In this document: positions 29,965-40,676 of the stretch, one piece after another
How the letters are laid out: the number at the start of each line of letters is the position of its first letter
Numbering within the stretch: position 1 is the stretch's first letter
Assembly: GCA_948442255.1 (NCBI GenBank)
Contig: CAOJRT010000001.1
Span: forward strand, 15,919-79,918
From: an uncultured Bacillales bacterium
GTDB taxonomy: Bacteria; Bacillota_I; Bacilli_A; RF39; UBA660
Direction of reading: 5' to 3'
Length of the DNA stretch: 64,000 nucleotides
Made by a program: the position numbers and the translations under genes
The notes under the pieces: model-generated
The model's database searches: none
What the model was told of the DNA's origin: nothing
What the model saw: only the letters and a program-made list of their open reading frames with translations

Positions 29965-32900
29965 ATGGATATTTTTAAGGATAATTTTACATATGAAAAT
30001 GGTTTAACAGTTACTGGTTTAACAAAAGAGTTAAACATTTTTTACATTTTACAATATTTTTCTAGTCACGATCAAAATATTTTGTTATTAACGAATACTT
30101 TATATGAAGCGAATCAATATTATGATGCAATGCAATTGTATTTAGAGGAAGTCTGTTTATTTCCAATGGATGATTTTTTAACAAGTGTGGCTGTTGCTGT
30201 ATCTCCTGACTTAAAAAATAAACGATTGGAAACACTACATTATATAGAAACGAATCGTAAATGTATCGTAATTACAAACTTGACTGGTTATTTACGTTTT
30301 TTGCCTGATAAATCTAATTCTTCTATTTTACAATATGATTTAAATAAGCATTCTTCTATTCAAAGGGATAAGCTTTTAAAAATGTTAGATATTTATGGTT
30401 ATACTAAAACAAGTATGGTAACTACTACAGGGGAATATGCTGTTCGAGGCTTTGTTATCGACGTGTTTCTTATTGATGAAGAACATCCAATTCGTATTGA
30501 ATTTTTTGGAGATGATGTTGATTCTATTCGCTACTTTGATGAATCTACACAGTTATCTATCAAAGAAATAGATTCTTTATTAATTAAACCCTATATAGAA
30601 GTAGTTGGTAAAACTACGAGTTCTTTATGTGATTATATGAATGATCCTGTTTTATTTATGATAGATAGAGAACAAATTGATTTGGGTTATCAAAAATTAC
30701 AAGAAGATATCTTAGAGTACTCTAGTAAAGTAGGAGAATCAAAAAAATATATGTATTCTCTAGAAGAGGTATCTTCTTCTTATGTTCTTTATTTAAACCA
30801 AGTTAGTGATACACATAAAGGAAAGATAGTTACTTATCGTAGTCAGGAGATAGAGAACTTTAATAGTAACTTTGATCTTCTTAGTTCCTATATAGAAAAA
30901 GAACTTTCAGGAGGAAAGACGATAGTTTTATGTCTTTCTAAAGAAAGTGAATTACGTAGTTTGGAACCTTATTTAGAACAATATCATGTTGTGCATAACG
31001 ATCACTTTATTCACAGAGAAGTTAATATTTGGTATCATAAAATAAATAATGGGTTTGTATTTGATACTTATGTTTTTATTGCGGAAAATGATATCGAACG
31101 TGTTCGAAATGCTCCTATTAAGTATAAAAATACATATCATATTGGTAAAAAGATTAAAGATTTTGCTTCTATTGCTATTGGTGATTACGTTGTACATAGT
31201 ATGCATGGAGTAGGAATTTATCAAGGTGTGATTACTTTAACTAAGAATGGTTTAAAGAAAGATTATATACAAATTAATTATCAAGGAAATGATAAGGTTT
31301 ATATTCCTGTTGAAAAAATAAATTCTATATTTAAATATGCTGGAAAAGAAGGAAGCCAACCACGTTTAGATAAATTAAGTAGTACTAGTTGGGCAAAAAA
31401 GAAACATGAATTGCGAGCAAAGATTAAGGATATAAGTGAGGAATTAATTAGGCTATATGCTCATCGTAGTGCAGTGAAAGGAACTCCTTTTAAAAGTTAT
31501 GAAGAGGAAGCTATATTTGGAAGTGAATTTATCTATAAAGAGACTGAAGATCAACTGAAAGCTATTGCTGATATTAATAAGGATTTAGAATCTTCTGTAC
31601 CGATGGATCGTCTTCTTTGTGGCGATGTTGGATTTGGAAAGACAGAAGTTGCATTCCGTGCAATGTTTAAAACGATTGTTAATAATAAACAAGTTTTTTA
31701 TCTTTGCCCTACAACAATTTTATCAAAACAACAATATGAAAATGCCATTGAACGATTTAAGAATTATCCAATAGAAATAGCTTTACTTAATCGCTTTACT
31801 TCTACAAAAGAAACAAAACGTATTTTAGAAGGTTTAGAAAAGGGGACTATTGATTTAGTCTTTGGAACTCATCGCTTACTTTCTGACGATGTTAAGTTTT
31901 CGAGATTAGGTTTATTGATTGTGGATGAAGAACAACGTTTTGGGGTTACGCATAAAGAGAAGATAAAAGAATATAAAAATGATGTAAATGTACTTACTTT
32001 GTCTGCAACTCCTATTCCCCGTACTTTAAAAATGGCTTTATCTGGATTACGTGATTTATCTATTATTGATACGCCTCCTACCAATCGGTATCCAGTACAA
32101 ACTTATGTAGTACAAGAAAATGAACTTATTGTAAAAGATGCTATCTATAAGGAACTTTCTAGAAAAGGACAGATATTTGTTCTTTACAATAAAGTGGTTT
32201 CTATAGAGAGTAAAATGCGTGAATTACATAATTTAGTACCAGAAGCACGAATTACGATAGCTCATGGACAGATGAGTAAAAATGAGTTAGAGCATGTTAT
32301 GGAATCTTTTGTTAATTATGAATTCGATATTTTGTTATGTTCGACTATTATTGAAACAGGAATTGATATAAGTAATGCCAATACTTTAATTATTTATGAT
32401 GCGGATCATTTTGGACTTTCTCAGCTTTATCAAATTCGAGGACGAGTAGGAAGGAGTAATCGTATAGCTTATGCGTATTTAATGTATGACAAGAATAAAA
32501 TGCTAAATGAAATTGCAGTCAAACGTTTACAAGCTATAAAAGAGTTTACTGAATTAGGTAGTGGGTATAGAATTGCAATGCGAGACTTATCCATTCGTGG
32601 GGCAGGAGATTTACTTGGTTCTGAACAAGCAGGATTTGTTGATACAGTGGGGATTGAACTTTATATGCAGATGATAGAAGAAGAAATGCGTCGTATGAAA
32701 GGAGAAGACGTTCCAGAAGAAGAGGAAGAAATTTCTAATAAATCTTTAATAGAAGTTGAAACACATATTTCTGATGCGTATGTTAGTGATGAAGACATAA
32801 AAATTGAAATTCATAAGAAAATTAATGAAATTGATGGTTATGCAAAATTAGTGGAAATCAAAAAAGAATTAGAAGATCGTTTTGGAAAAGTAAATGAAAA

Positions 32901-33201
32901 GCTAGAGATTTATATGTATGAAGAGTGGTTTGAAAAATTGGCGAGTCGTCTACAAATTGAAACTGTAAGGCAATCTGAAAGGGAAATTGAGGTTGAATTA
33001 CCAAAAGATGTTTCTGCTCGTATAGATGGAGAGAATTTTTTTATTAAAGCCTATAGCATATGTCCAAGGTTTCGTTTAAAATATTTTCATGAACAGGTCA
33101 TTATTGCTCTTACATTGCTTAATTTAAAAGAACATTTCTTATATTATATAGTTCCTTTAATGGAAGAAGTATTAAATGAAATACAAGAAAGTACAAACTA
33201 A
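29965..33201 (+). CDS. mfd: transcription-repair coupling factor Mfd
   Basis: 1078 aa; helicase motifs GDVGFGKTEVA, DEEQRFG; TRG motif. Confidence 0.97.
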   Translation: MDIFKDNFTYENGLTVTGLTKELNIFYILQYFSSHDQNILLLTNTLYEANQYYDAMQLYLEEVCLFPMDDFLTSVAVAVSPDLKNKRLETLHYIETNRKCIVITNLTGYLRFLPDKSNSSILQYDLNKHSSIQRDKLLKMLDIYGYTKTSMVTTTGEYAVRGFVIDVFLIDEEHPIRIEFFGDDVDSIRYFDESTQLSIKEIDSLLIKPYIEVVGKTTSSLCDYMNDPVLFMIDREQIDLGYQKLQEDILEYSSKVGESKKYMYSLEEVSSSYVLYLNQVSDTHKGKIVTYRSQEIENFNSNFDLLSSYIEKELSGGKTIVLCLSKESELRSLEPYLEQYHVVHNDHFIHREVNIWYHKINNGFVFDTYVFIAENDIERVRNAPIKYKNTYHIGKKIKDFASIAIGDYVVHSMHGVGIYQGVITLTKNGLKKDYIQINYQGNDKVYIPVEKINSIFKYAGKEGSQPRLDKLSSTSWAKKKHELRAKIKDISEELIRLYAHRSAVKGTPFKSYEEEAIFGSEFIYKETEDQLKAIADINKDLESSVPMDRLLCGDVGFGKTEVAFRAMFKTIVNNKQVFYLCPTTILSKQQYENAIERFKNYPIEIALLNRFTSTKETKRILEGLEKGTIDLVFGTHRLLSDDVKFSRLGLLIVDEEQRFGVTHKEKIKEYKNDVNVLTLSATPIPRTLKMALSGLRDLSIIDTPPTNRYPVQTYVVQENELIVKDAIYKELSRKGQIFVLYNKVVSIESKMRELHNLVPEARITIAHGQMSKNELEHVMESFVNYEFDILLCSTIIETGIDISNANTLIIYDADHFGLSQLYQIRGRVGRSNRIAYAYLMYDKNKMLNEIAVKRLQAIKEFTELGSGYRIAMRDLSIRGAGDLLGSEQAGFVDTVGIELYMQMIEEEMRRMKGEDVPEEEEEISNKSLIEVETHISDAYVSDEDIKIEIHKKINEIDGYAKLVEIKKELEDRFGKVNEKLEIYMYEEWFEKLASRLQIETVRQSEREIEVELPKDVSARIDGENFFIKAYSICPRFRLKYFHEQVIIALTLLNLKEHFLYYIVPLMEEVLNEIQESTN

Positions 33202-33273
33202 TTGTGCTTTTTTTGATGAGGTTGTTCTATTTTCTATACATAAATATTTTTTTTATCCTCATACTATGTATGA

Positions 33274-33789
33274 ATGGAGAATGTTATGCAAGATGTTAAT
33301 TTTATAAAAAATATAGATAATTTAGGTAGAATTGTTATTCCAATGGATGTAAGAAGAAAATTAAATATCAATACAGGAGACGTTTTATCTATTACTTGTA
33401 ATGATAAAAAAATAGAATTAATGAAATACTCTAGTTTGGAAAAAAATAGTAAAGTAATTGATATATTAAATTTATTTGTGGAGCATTTACAACTTAGAAT
33501 TATTTTACTGAGTAAAGAGGAAGTTATTTATTCTAACATTGTACCCGCAGGGGTAAAATTGGATAATCAGGTCCGTTTACTTATTAAGAACGCTTCGGTA
33601 TTTAATAATTCTTTAAATGAATTTATTTTTGGGGAACATAAAGTAAAAGGAATTTATAACATGTTGCCTATTATAGATAGAGAGGGAATTCAAGGAAGTT
33701 TAATCATATTTAGTGAAGAAAATACCAATTATTATACTTATTGTGAACTTTTGTCAAAACTTGTCATGTTGGAACTAAATATTACTTGA
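33274..33789 (+). CDS. spoVT: stage V sporulation protein T (AbrB-type N-domain + GAF-like C-domain)
   Basis: N-terminal swapped-hairpin motif DNLGRIVIPMDVRRKL; 171 aa; follows mfd as in B. subtilis. Confidence 0.8.
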   Translation: MENVMQDVNFIKNIDNLGRIVIPMDVRRKLNINTGDVLSITCNDKKIELMKYSSLEKNSKVIDILNLFVEHLQLRIILLSKEEVIYSNIVPAGVKLDNQVRLLIKNASVFNNSLNEFIFGEHKVKGIYNMLPIIDREGIQGSLIIFSEENTNYYTYCELLSKLVMLELNIT

Positions 33790-33839
33790 TTTGTAAATAA
33801 AAGTATGTTAAATTAATTTTGTAATCAATGTGGAAAGAA

Positions 33840-34020
33840 AGAGTAATTATTTAGTAGGCATATAGAGAGGTTCTGGTTGGTGGAAAGAATTTGCTAAAAA
33901 ATAGTGAACATGGTTTTGGAGTTGAATCGTCTGTTTCGCGTTAAGGAATAAAGTGTATGATAATCTCATAAATTAAGGTGGTACCGCGGGGAATCCCGTC
34001 CTTAAGTTTATGAGTTTTTT
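33840..34020 (+). promoter_or_regulatory. T-box leader (tRNA-sensing riboswitch), probably Met-specific
   Basis: T-box consensus AATTAAGGTGGTACCGCGGG at 33971-33990; AGAGA stem-I element; terminator hairpin CTCATAAATTAAGG...CCTTAAGTTTATGAG + TTTTTT (33965-34020); candidate AUGG specifier at 33910-33913; metG is in the downstream operon. Confidence 0.6.
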
Positions 34021-34036
34021 ATTGGGAGGAAAAGTA

Positions 34037-34516
34037 ATGAGAAAGTTTGAAAAGATTTCTTTAGAACAATTTAAGAAAGATATTAGTGAGGATGAGACCT
34101 TATATCGTAATTATAAGTTACCAGAAAGAAAGACAAAATCTTCCGCAGGTTATGATATTTTTGCAATAGAAGATTTTGTTATTAAGCCTGGGGAAATCAA
34201 GAAGGTTCCAACAGGAATAAAGGCCTTGTATCCAGAAGATGAAGTTTTAATGCTTTTTGTAAGAAGTAGTATGGGATTTAAATATAATGTTCGTATGTGT
34301 AATCAAGTAGGAATTATTGATGCTGATTATTATAATAATGTAGATAATGAAGGACATATATGGATAGCTTTGCAAAATGAAGGAGAAAAAGATTTTGTTG
34401 TCTCTGCTGGAGGCGGAATTGGACAAGGTATTTTTATAAAGTACTTTACTTGTGGAGATGAAGTTAAAGAAGAAAGAACGGGATGGACAGCAAAACCAGA
34501 AGAGAGAGGGAAATAA
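34037..34516 (+). CDS. dUTPase-like protein (trimeric dUTPase fold)
   Basis: motifs SAGYDIFA, VRSSMG, GIIDADYYNN, GGGIGQGIF correspond to dUTPase motifs 1-4; start at ATG 34037 with GGGAGGA RBS. Confidence 0.65.
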   Translation: MRKFEKISLEQFKKDISEDETLYRNYKLPERKTKSSAGYDIFAIEDFVIKPGEIKKVPTGIKALYPEDEVLMLFVRSSMGFKYNVRMCNQVGIIDADYYNNVDNEGHIWIALQNEGEKDFVVSAGGGIGQGIFIKYFTCGDEVKEERTGWTAKPEERGK

Positions 34517-34518
34517 AA

Positions 34519-36057
34519 ATGGATAAAGAGAAAAGATATTATATTAGCACAGCTATTGCTTATACATCTGGAAAACCTCATATTGGAAATACGTATGAAA
34601 TTGTTCTTGCGGATTCGATTGCTCGCTTTAAAAGATTGCAAGGTTATGATGTATATTTTCAAACAGGAACTGATGAACATGGTGAGAAGATAGAAACAAA
34701 AGCTCGTGAAGCAGGCATTTCTCCTCAACAGTTTGTTGATCAAGTAGCGAACCAAATTAAAGATATTTGGGATACTATGCATACGAGTTATGATAGGTTT
34801 GTTAGAACAACTGACCCAATGCATGAAAAAAAAGTGCAACGTATATTTAAATATATGTATGATAAAGGAGATATTTATAAGGGGGAATATACAGGTTTAT
34901 ATTGTACTCCTTGTGAATCCTTTTGGACAGAGAGTCAACTTGTAGATGGGAAATGTCCAGATTGTGGAAGGGAAGTACAACCTAAATGTGAAGAAGCTTA
35001 CTTCTTTAAATTAAGTAAATACCAAGAAAGATTAGTAACATATATCGAAGAACATCCTGCATTTATTCAACCTGAATCAAGAAAAAACGAAATGATTAAT
35101 AATTTTATTAAACCTGGCTTACAAGATTTATGTGTTTCTAGAACATCTTTTAAGTGGGGAATTCCTGTTGATTTTGATAATAAACACGTTGTTTATGTAT
35201 GGTTAGATGCTTTGACAAACTATATTACAAATATTGGGTATGATATTGAAGGTTCTACAGATGAGTTTAGTCATCGTTGGCCGGCAGATTTACACTTAAT
35301 AGGAAAGGATATTATACGTTTTCATACAATCTATTGGCCTTGTTTCTTAATGAGCTTGGATTTACCATTACCAAAACAAGTCTTTGGACATCCTTGGTTA
35401 ATTATGACTGATGGAAAGATGAGTAAATCTAAAGGAAATGTTGTTTATGCGGATGACTTGGTAAAGGAATTTGGTGTCGATGCTATAAGATATTATTTTT
35501 TACATGAAATTCCTTTTGCATCTGATGGGGTATTTAGTAGAGATTTACTTATTGAACGTATTAATGGGGATTTAGTAAATATTTTAGGAAATCTTGTTAA
35601 TCGTACTATGAGTATGGATTATAAGTATTTTGAAGGCGTTGTTCCGAAACATGGTAAATTGGAAGAAGTAGATCAAGAACTTATAAAATCTGTACTACAA
35701 TTAAAGGTTGCTGTTACGTCTAAAATGGATGAATTACGTGTAGGCGAAGCTTTACAAGAAATCTTTGAAGTATTACGTAAGTGTAATAAATATATTGATG
35801 ATACTATGCCTTGGATATTAGCTAAGGAAGAGAGTAAAAAGGAAAGACTTGGAACTGTCTTATACAATTTACTAGAAAGTATAAGAATTTGTGCTGTCTT
35901 CTTAAGTCCTTTTTTACCAAATACTAGTGAAAAAATATTTGCTGAATTGCATACGAATGTAACTGCTTATTCTTCTACAGAGCAATTTGGTGGATTACAA
36001 GATGGAGAACTATTGAGTGAACCAGTGCATTTATTTGAACGAATTGAAACAAATTAG
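34519..36057 (+). CDS. metG: methionine--tRNA ligase (short form, no C-terminal tRNA-binding domain)
   Basis: HIGH-type motif PHIGNTYE, KMSKS, zinc knuckle CPDCG. Confidence 0.95.
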   Translation: MDKEKRYYISTAIAYTSGKPHIGNTYEIVLADSIARFKRLQGYDVYFQTGTDEHGEKIETKAREAGISPQQFVDQVANQIKDIWDTMHTSYDRFVRTTDPMHEKKVQRIFKYMYDKGDIYKGEYTGLYCTPCESFWTESQLVDGKCPDCGREVQPKCEEAYFFKLSKYQERLVTYIEEHPAFIQPESRKNEMINNFIKPGLQDLCVSRTSFKWGIPVDFDNKHVVYVWLDALTNYITNIGYDIEGSTDEFSHRWPADLHLIGKDIIRFHTIYWPCFLMSLDLPLPKQVFGHPWLIMTDGKMSKSKGNVVYADDLVKEFGVDAIRYYFLHEIPFASDGVFSRDLLIERINGDLVNILGNLVNRTMSMDYKYFEGVVPKHGKLEEVDQELIKSVLQLKVAVTSKMDELRVGEALQEIFEVLRKCNKYIDDTMPWILAKEESKKERLGTVLYNLLESIRICAVFLSPFLPNTSEKIFAELHTNVTAYSSTEQFGGLQDGELLSEPVHLFERIETN

Positions 36058-36285
36058 TTTTATTATAAATTGTAAATAACCTTAGATTTATTTCTATGGT
36101 TTTTTTGTGTAAAAAATTTTTTTTCATTTAGATTTATATACAAAAATTTATTTATGTCTAAGCTTCAAATGTTTATTCTATTTTGTTCATAGTCTAAGAA
36201 TGGGAATCTTTTTCGGACAATAAAATAGTTAATATAAAGAAAAAAATATGATATAATAAATAGAAAAATAAAGGAAGAGATAAAA

Positions 36286-36811
36286 ATGAAAAGCGAATAT
36301 AACGAAACAGACAGAAACAATGTAGAGAATAATACTAATTATACAGATGTACCATCATATAACGAAACTATGGCAAATGAGTTGCCAAAATTACAACCGA
36401 ATGTTGGAGAAACAGCTAATCAAATTGATGAATCAAAAAGTGATGTATATAATACTTTCAATGAAAAATACTAATATAACTTCCACTACTTTTGTTTCTC
36501 AAAGTTTGACACAAGAAAGTTTACAAGAACCAAATAATAGCCAAAAAGTTCAAAAGCGAAGCTTTACCTTCAAAAATAGATTTTTCTGATAATGAGACTA
36601 ATGGGTTTGGGGAACCGCAGATTATCCAACCAAGTGACAACATAAATGATAATTTGGAGTATCAAGTAATACAACAGGATCAAAAAGAGCTTTTACCAAG
36701 TGTTGATACGAATATCATTTCTGAAAATTCCTATTCGTTTGATGATGTAAATAAGGAGTTAAATAATAGCAATCTAACACCTAAGACCCTAAAAATAAGT
36801 TACTTTATCTT
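36286..36811 (+). pseudogene. N-terminal region of the downstream gene broken across three reading frames (possible frameshifted gene or sequencing errors)
   Basis: coding-like N/E/Q-rich ORF pieces 36286-36474, 36474-36590 and about 36540-36814 in frames a, a+1, a+2, running directly into the TM-containing ORF at 36812. Confidence 0.3.
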
Positions 36812-37873
36812 TTGATACTTTTTATTGTTTTAGGAGGAGGCATTAGTTTTGTTTTTGTCTTTAAAAATAATATGGCTGATAAAACAAAAACAAACAATGT
36901 TAATGTACAAATGGAAGGACAAGAGGGTAATGAAGAAGATGAAAAGAATAATGAACCAGAAGTAAATGATAGTTTTCTAATTGAAGGAGTAGAATATGTA
37001 GATACATCTAGAAATTTTAAAGACGTTACTCCAAAAAAATTTTCCTTTTTTATAGATAATAATAGAGAAAATTATTTAACTTATATTGATAATAATGAAA
37101 ATTCAAATGTAACGCTTTCAATGGTTGACAATAATGATAATTCCGTTTGTGCTGTATTTTCCTTTTATAATAATGGTTCACAATCAGATATAATTGTTTC
37201 TAATGAAGATTATATGTTAAAAAATAAGAAAGTTATAGATGATAATAAAACTCCGATGTGGACAGAAGAAAGATATACGAGTTATATTGCTAGGTATAAT
37301 TCTTCCTTTTATATTTATCAATTTGTAGTTAAAATTGATGATGTAGAATTTTCTATCTTTGTTTTATCAAAAAAATCAGGAGATGAAAATGTAAAAATCA
37401 CAATTGAAAAATTGATTGATTGCTTAAGCGTTAACAAAAAAGTTGGTTTTTATATGGGTTGGTTCTTAAGTTATGGTAGTATGTCAAATATTACCTTAAA
37501 ATCTTATAAGAATATAGGATATATTGTAGTTCGAGGTAATTCGGGAAAAAATCCAAATAAAATAATTATAAATGGGAATGTTATTGATTATCAAGGAGCA
37601 ATGTCTTCTTGGGAAAATTCAGAACTTTTAGAAATAAACCAAGTATATGGGAAATGGGAAGATATGAATGTAGGGTACTATACATCTAATTATAGTTTTG
37701 GAGATAGTTTAGTTATATACATTTATGGTGCTACTAAAGAAATTGATGGTAAGGAATATTTTGTTGATAGTCCATATTTGTTTGAGGTTCAAAAATATCA
37801 AGAATCTGGAATGACAGAACAAGAAATTATAAAATTATTGCTTGATCATTTAGTGAAGTATGTAAGACAATAG
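36812..37873 (+). CDS. membrane-anchored hypothetical protein with large extracytoplasmic domain
   Basis: TTG-initiated ORF beginning with TM segment ILFIVLGGGISFVFVF; no recognisable domain; possibly the C-terminal part of a disrupted larger gene. Confidence 0.5.
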   Translation: MILFIVLGGGISFVFVFKNNMADKTKTNNVNVQMEGQEGNEEDEKNNEPEVNDSFLIEGVEYVDTSRNFKDVTPKKFSFFIDNNRENYLTYIDNNENSNVTLSMVDNNDNSVCAVFSFYNNGSQSDIIVSNEDYMLKNKKVIDDNKTPMWTEERYTSYIARYNSSFYIYQFVVKIDDVEFSIFVLSKKSGDENVKITIEKLIDCLSVNKKVGFYMGWFLSYGSMSNITLKSYKNIGYIVVRGNSGKNPNKIIINGNVIDYQGAMSSWENSELLEINQVYGKWEDMNVGYYTSNYSFGDSLVIYIYGATKEIDGKEYFVDSPYLFEVQKYQESGMTEQEIIKLLLDHLVKYVRQ

Positions 37874-37946
37874 TATTCTTAGATTATGTTTTGAGATACA
37901 AAATATTTGTATCTTTTTCTTTGCCTATAATATTGCTATAATAAGT

Positions 37947-38708
37947 TTGGTGATATTTATGTTTACTGATACACATTGTCATTTATATCAAGAATATTAT
38001 GAGGATATGGATGCTATTCTAGATAAGATAAAGAATAATTCTATAAAGAATATTATTAATAATGGTTGTGATACTAAAAGTAATAAAGAGGTTCTTGCCC
38101 TTTCTTCTCAATATGATATTATGTATGCTGCTATAGGTATTCATCCAGAAAATGTAGAAAATACGTCGGAAGAAGATTTGCAATTTATAGAAGAACATAT
38201 AAAAGATAAGAAAGTCGTTGCTATTGGAGAAATAGGACTTGATTATTATTATACGAAAGAGAATAAGGAGAAACAGATTGCTTTATTTAATAAGCAATTA
38301 GCATTAGCAGAACAATATAATTTACCTGTTATAGTCCATAGTAGAGAAGCTACACTTGATACTATAGAATGCTTAAAAAATTATAAAGTGAAAGGTATTA
38401 TTCATAGTTTTAGTGGTAGTTATGAAACTGCTTGTACTTATATCCAAATGGGATTTCTACTTGGGATTAATGGCGTGATTACTTTTAAAAATTGTCGTTT
38501 AAAGGAAGTTTATGAAAAAATTGGGTTAGAACATATTGTTTTAGAAACGGATTCTCCTTATCTTACACCTGTTCCTTTTCGTGGAGAGAGAAATGATTCT
38601 AGTCATATTAAAGAAGTTGCTTCTTTTGTAGCTGATTTAAAGGGTGTTTCTTTAGACAAGTTAGCTATGGAAACTAATGGAAATGTGAGGAGGATTTTTG
38701 ACTTTTAA
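37947..38708 (+). CDS. tatD: TatD-family metal-dependent DNase (YabD)
   Basis: FTDTHCHL metal-binding start, conserved His/Asp pattern. Confidence 0.9.
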   Translation: MVIFMFTDTHCHLYQEYYEDMDAILDKIKNNSIKNIINNGCDTKSNKEVLALSSQYDIMYAAIGIHPENVENTSEEDLQFIEEHIKDKKVVAIGEIGLDYYYTKENKEKQIALFNKQLALAEQYNLPVIVHSREATLDTIECLKNYKVKGIIHSFSGSYETACTYIQMGFLLGINGVITFKNCRLKEVYEKIGLEHIVLETDSPYLTPVPFRGERNDSSHIKEVASFVADLKGVSLDKLAMETNGNVRRIFDF

Positions 38709-38744
38709 AAACTCCTATGTTAATATAAATTTTATCTTTTCGAG

Positions 38745-39299
38745 GTGAAATTTATGACAAAAGCAAAAAAGAAGAAAGGAAACCTCATTAAAATAGCTAT
38801 TTTAATCGTTTTTATCTTTTCTTGTTTTGTTAGTTCTATAGATAATAAAAAGAGAATAAAAGTAGAAATTATTCAATTTAATCAAACGCTTGACTTGTCT
38901 GCCAAGGCAGAGAAAGAATTTGAGGATATAAATAAAGATATCTATGCAGCTAAAGCTACCTATACAGGAGATTTAACAGGTTACTCTGCTGATTGTCCTT
39001 TATGTAATGGAACACTTAGTTGTAAGACATCTTATAAAGTGTATCAAAATAATGTAGTTACTTATCCAGATGAGACATATGGAAATGTGCGAATTGTTGC
39101 TTCTTCTAAGCAACTTGCTTGTGGAAGTGTTATTCGTTTTCAATCTAATCGAGTTGGTGAAGGAGATACGTATGCCATTGTATTAGATAGAGGTGTTCTT
39201 GGAACGAATTTAGATTTATTAGTTCCAACAGAAAACTATGCTAGTCGATATATAGGACGTAGTAAAGTTACTTATGATGTTGTGCGTTTTGGTTGGTAA
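38745..39299 (+). CDS. 3D-domain cell-wall protein (YabE-like)
   Basis: N-terminal signal anchor; C-terminal 3D/MltA-like motif YSADCPLCNG...GSVIRF...YAIVLDRG; precedes rsmA as yabE does in Bacillus. Confidence 0.7.
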   Translation: MKFMTKAKKKKGNLIKIAILIVFIFSCFVSSIDNKKRIKVEIIQFNQTLDLSAKAEKEFEDINKDIYAAKATYTGDLTGYSADCPLCNGTLSCKTSYKVYQNNVVTYPDETYGNVRIVASSKQLACGSVIRFQSNRVGEGDTYAIVLDRGVLGTNLDLLVPTENYASRYIGRSKVTYDVVRFGW

Positions 39300-39316
39300 A
39301 TATAAGGAGAATGAAA

Positions 39317-40102
39317 ATGGGTGAATTTAGGCATAAACATAGTTTGGGGCAGAACTTTTTAAAAGATAAAAATGTTTTAATGCAAATAATTGATAGTGTA
39401 GATGTAAAAGAAAATGATTTAATTTTGGAAGTTGGACCTGGACAAGGAGCACTTACAAAGTATTTAAAATTATTTAAAGCTAATTTAAGATGTTTTGAAA
39501 TAGATACACGAGTAAAGAAATATTTGAATTCTTTTCTTGATGATAAAACAGATGTTATTTATAAAGATTTTATGCAGGTAAATTTGCAAGAGGAGATAGA
39601 AGATATTATTTATCAAGATTTGTATGTTATTGCTAATTTACCTTACTATATTACTACTCCTATTATAGAAAAAGTTTTATCTTCTAATTTAGATGTCCAA
39701 GCGATGGTATTGATGGTTCAAAATGAAGTTGCTGATCGCTTAAGTGCTAAACCTGGAACTAAGGATTATGGAGCTATTTCTGTATTGTTAGGATATACTT
39801 ATCAAATTGAAAAGTTATTTTTTGTTTCTCGTAGTTCTTTTGAACCTGTTCCTAATGTAGATAGTGCTGTTATTAAACTAACTAAAAGGGAATTAATAAA
39901 AGAAGCAGATAATAAGGAACTTTTTGAAAAATTAGTAAGAGATGCTTTCATGATGAAAAGAAAGAATCTACGTAATAATTTAAATAAATATGATTTAGAA
40001 GTGATAGAACCTATTTTAACAAGCTATGGTCTTACTTTACAAGATAGAGCAGAAAAGGTAACGCTAGCTTGTTTTATTGATATAGCGAATGCTTTAAGTT
40101 AA
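39317..40102 (+). CDS. rsmA: 16S rRNA (adenine1518/1519-N6)-dimethyltransferase RsmA/KsgA
   Basis: HSLGQNFL start motif, SAM motif LEVGPGQGALT, NLPY motif; start at second ATG for RBS spacing. Confidence 0.9.
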   Translation: MGEFRHKHSLGQNFLKDKNVLMQIIDSVDVKENDLILEVGPGQGALTKYLKLFKANLRCFEIDTRVKKYLNSFLDDKTDVIYKDFMQVNLQEEIEDIIYQDLYVIANLPYYITTPIIEKVLSSNLDVQAMVLMVQNEVADRLSAKPGTKDYGAISVLLGYTYQIEKLFFVSRSSFEPVPNVDSAVIKLTKRELIKEADNKELFEKLVRDAFMMKRKNLRNNLNKYDLEVIEPILTSYGLTLQDRAEKVTLACFIDIANALS

Positions 40103-40158
40103 CTGTTTTTATATTTAGCAATGTAATCTTTTTTTCTTGTATTTAGCCTTTTATATTG

Positions 40159-40323
40159 AAGAAATCATGAATAAATGGTTTCTTTTTTTCATATCTTTAT
40201 TTAGTTGATGCTATGGATTTTAAGGTAGGGGACTATGTTACTAGAGAAAGTTATGATAATGATGTTGAGTTTGTTATAACAGAAATTAAAGAAAATGAAG
40301 CTATCCTTAAGGGATATGATGTT
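40159..40323 (+). repeat. 165-bp direct repeat, copy 1 (yabG promoter and 5-prime coding region)
   Basis: about 97% identical to 44847-45011 (4 mismatches by eye). Confidence 0.8.
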
Positions 40324-40332
40324 TATTATTAA
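40213..40332 (+). pseudogene. 5-prime fragment of yabG (39 codons then stop)
   Basis: MDFKVGDYVTRESYDNDVEFVITEIKENEAILKGYDVYY* duplicates the first 37 codons of the intact yabG at 44901. Confidence 0.6.
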
Positions 40333-40676
40333 CTAAAGATTTTTATAATTAACATAATTTATACCCAGTTATTTAGTGGATATGGAATGTATTAAAATTT
40401 GTCTCAAAAATAAGTTCAAATATAAGGCATGGTGTGTGGTAAGCTTGATGGTATAAAAATATTACGAAATGACACGAATTGTTCCGTTACTTTTTTTACA
40501 AAATAGTGTATATATTAATTAGAGAAAGAGGTATTTGTTTCTTTACTCAAAAATTTAAAAAAAGGTATAAAAAATAAATTAAGTTTATTGAAAATTTATT
40601 TTTTCCTATATGAAAGAAAGTGATGTTCTATTATTTAAAATTATATAAATTAATAACTTGAATAGGAGGTAGTAAA

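Noticed and set aside
36286-36589. Treating ORFs 36286-36474 and 36347-36589 as independent small proteins
   Set aside because: They overlap in different frames and continue into a third frame and then the 36812 ORF; more parsimonious as fragments of one disrupted gene
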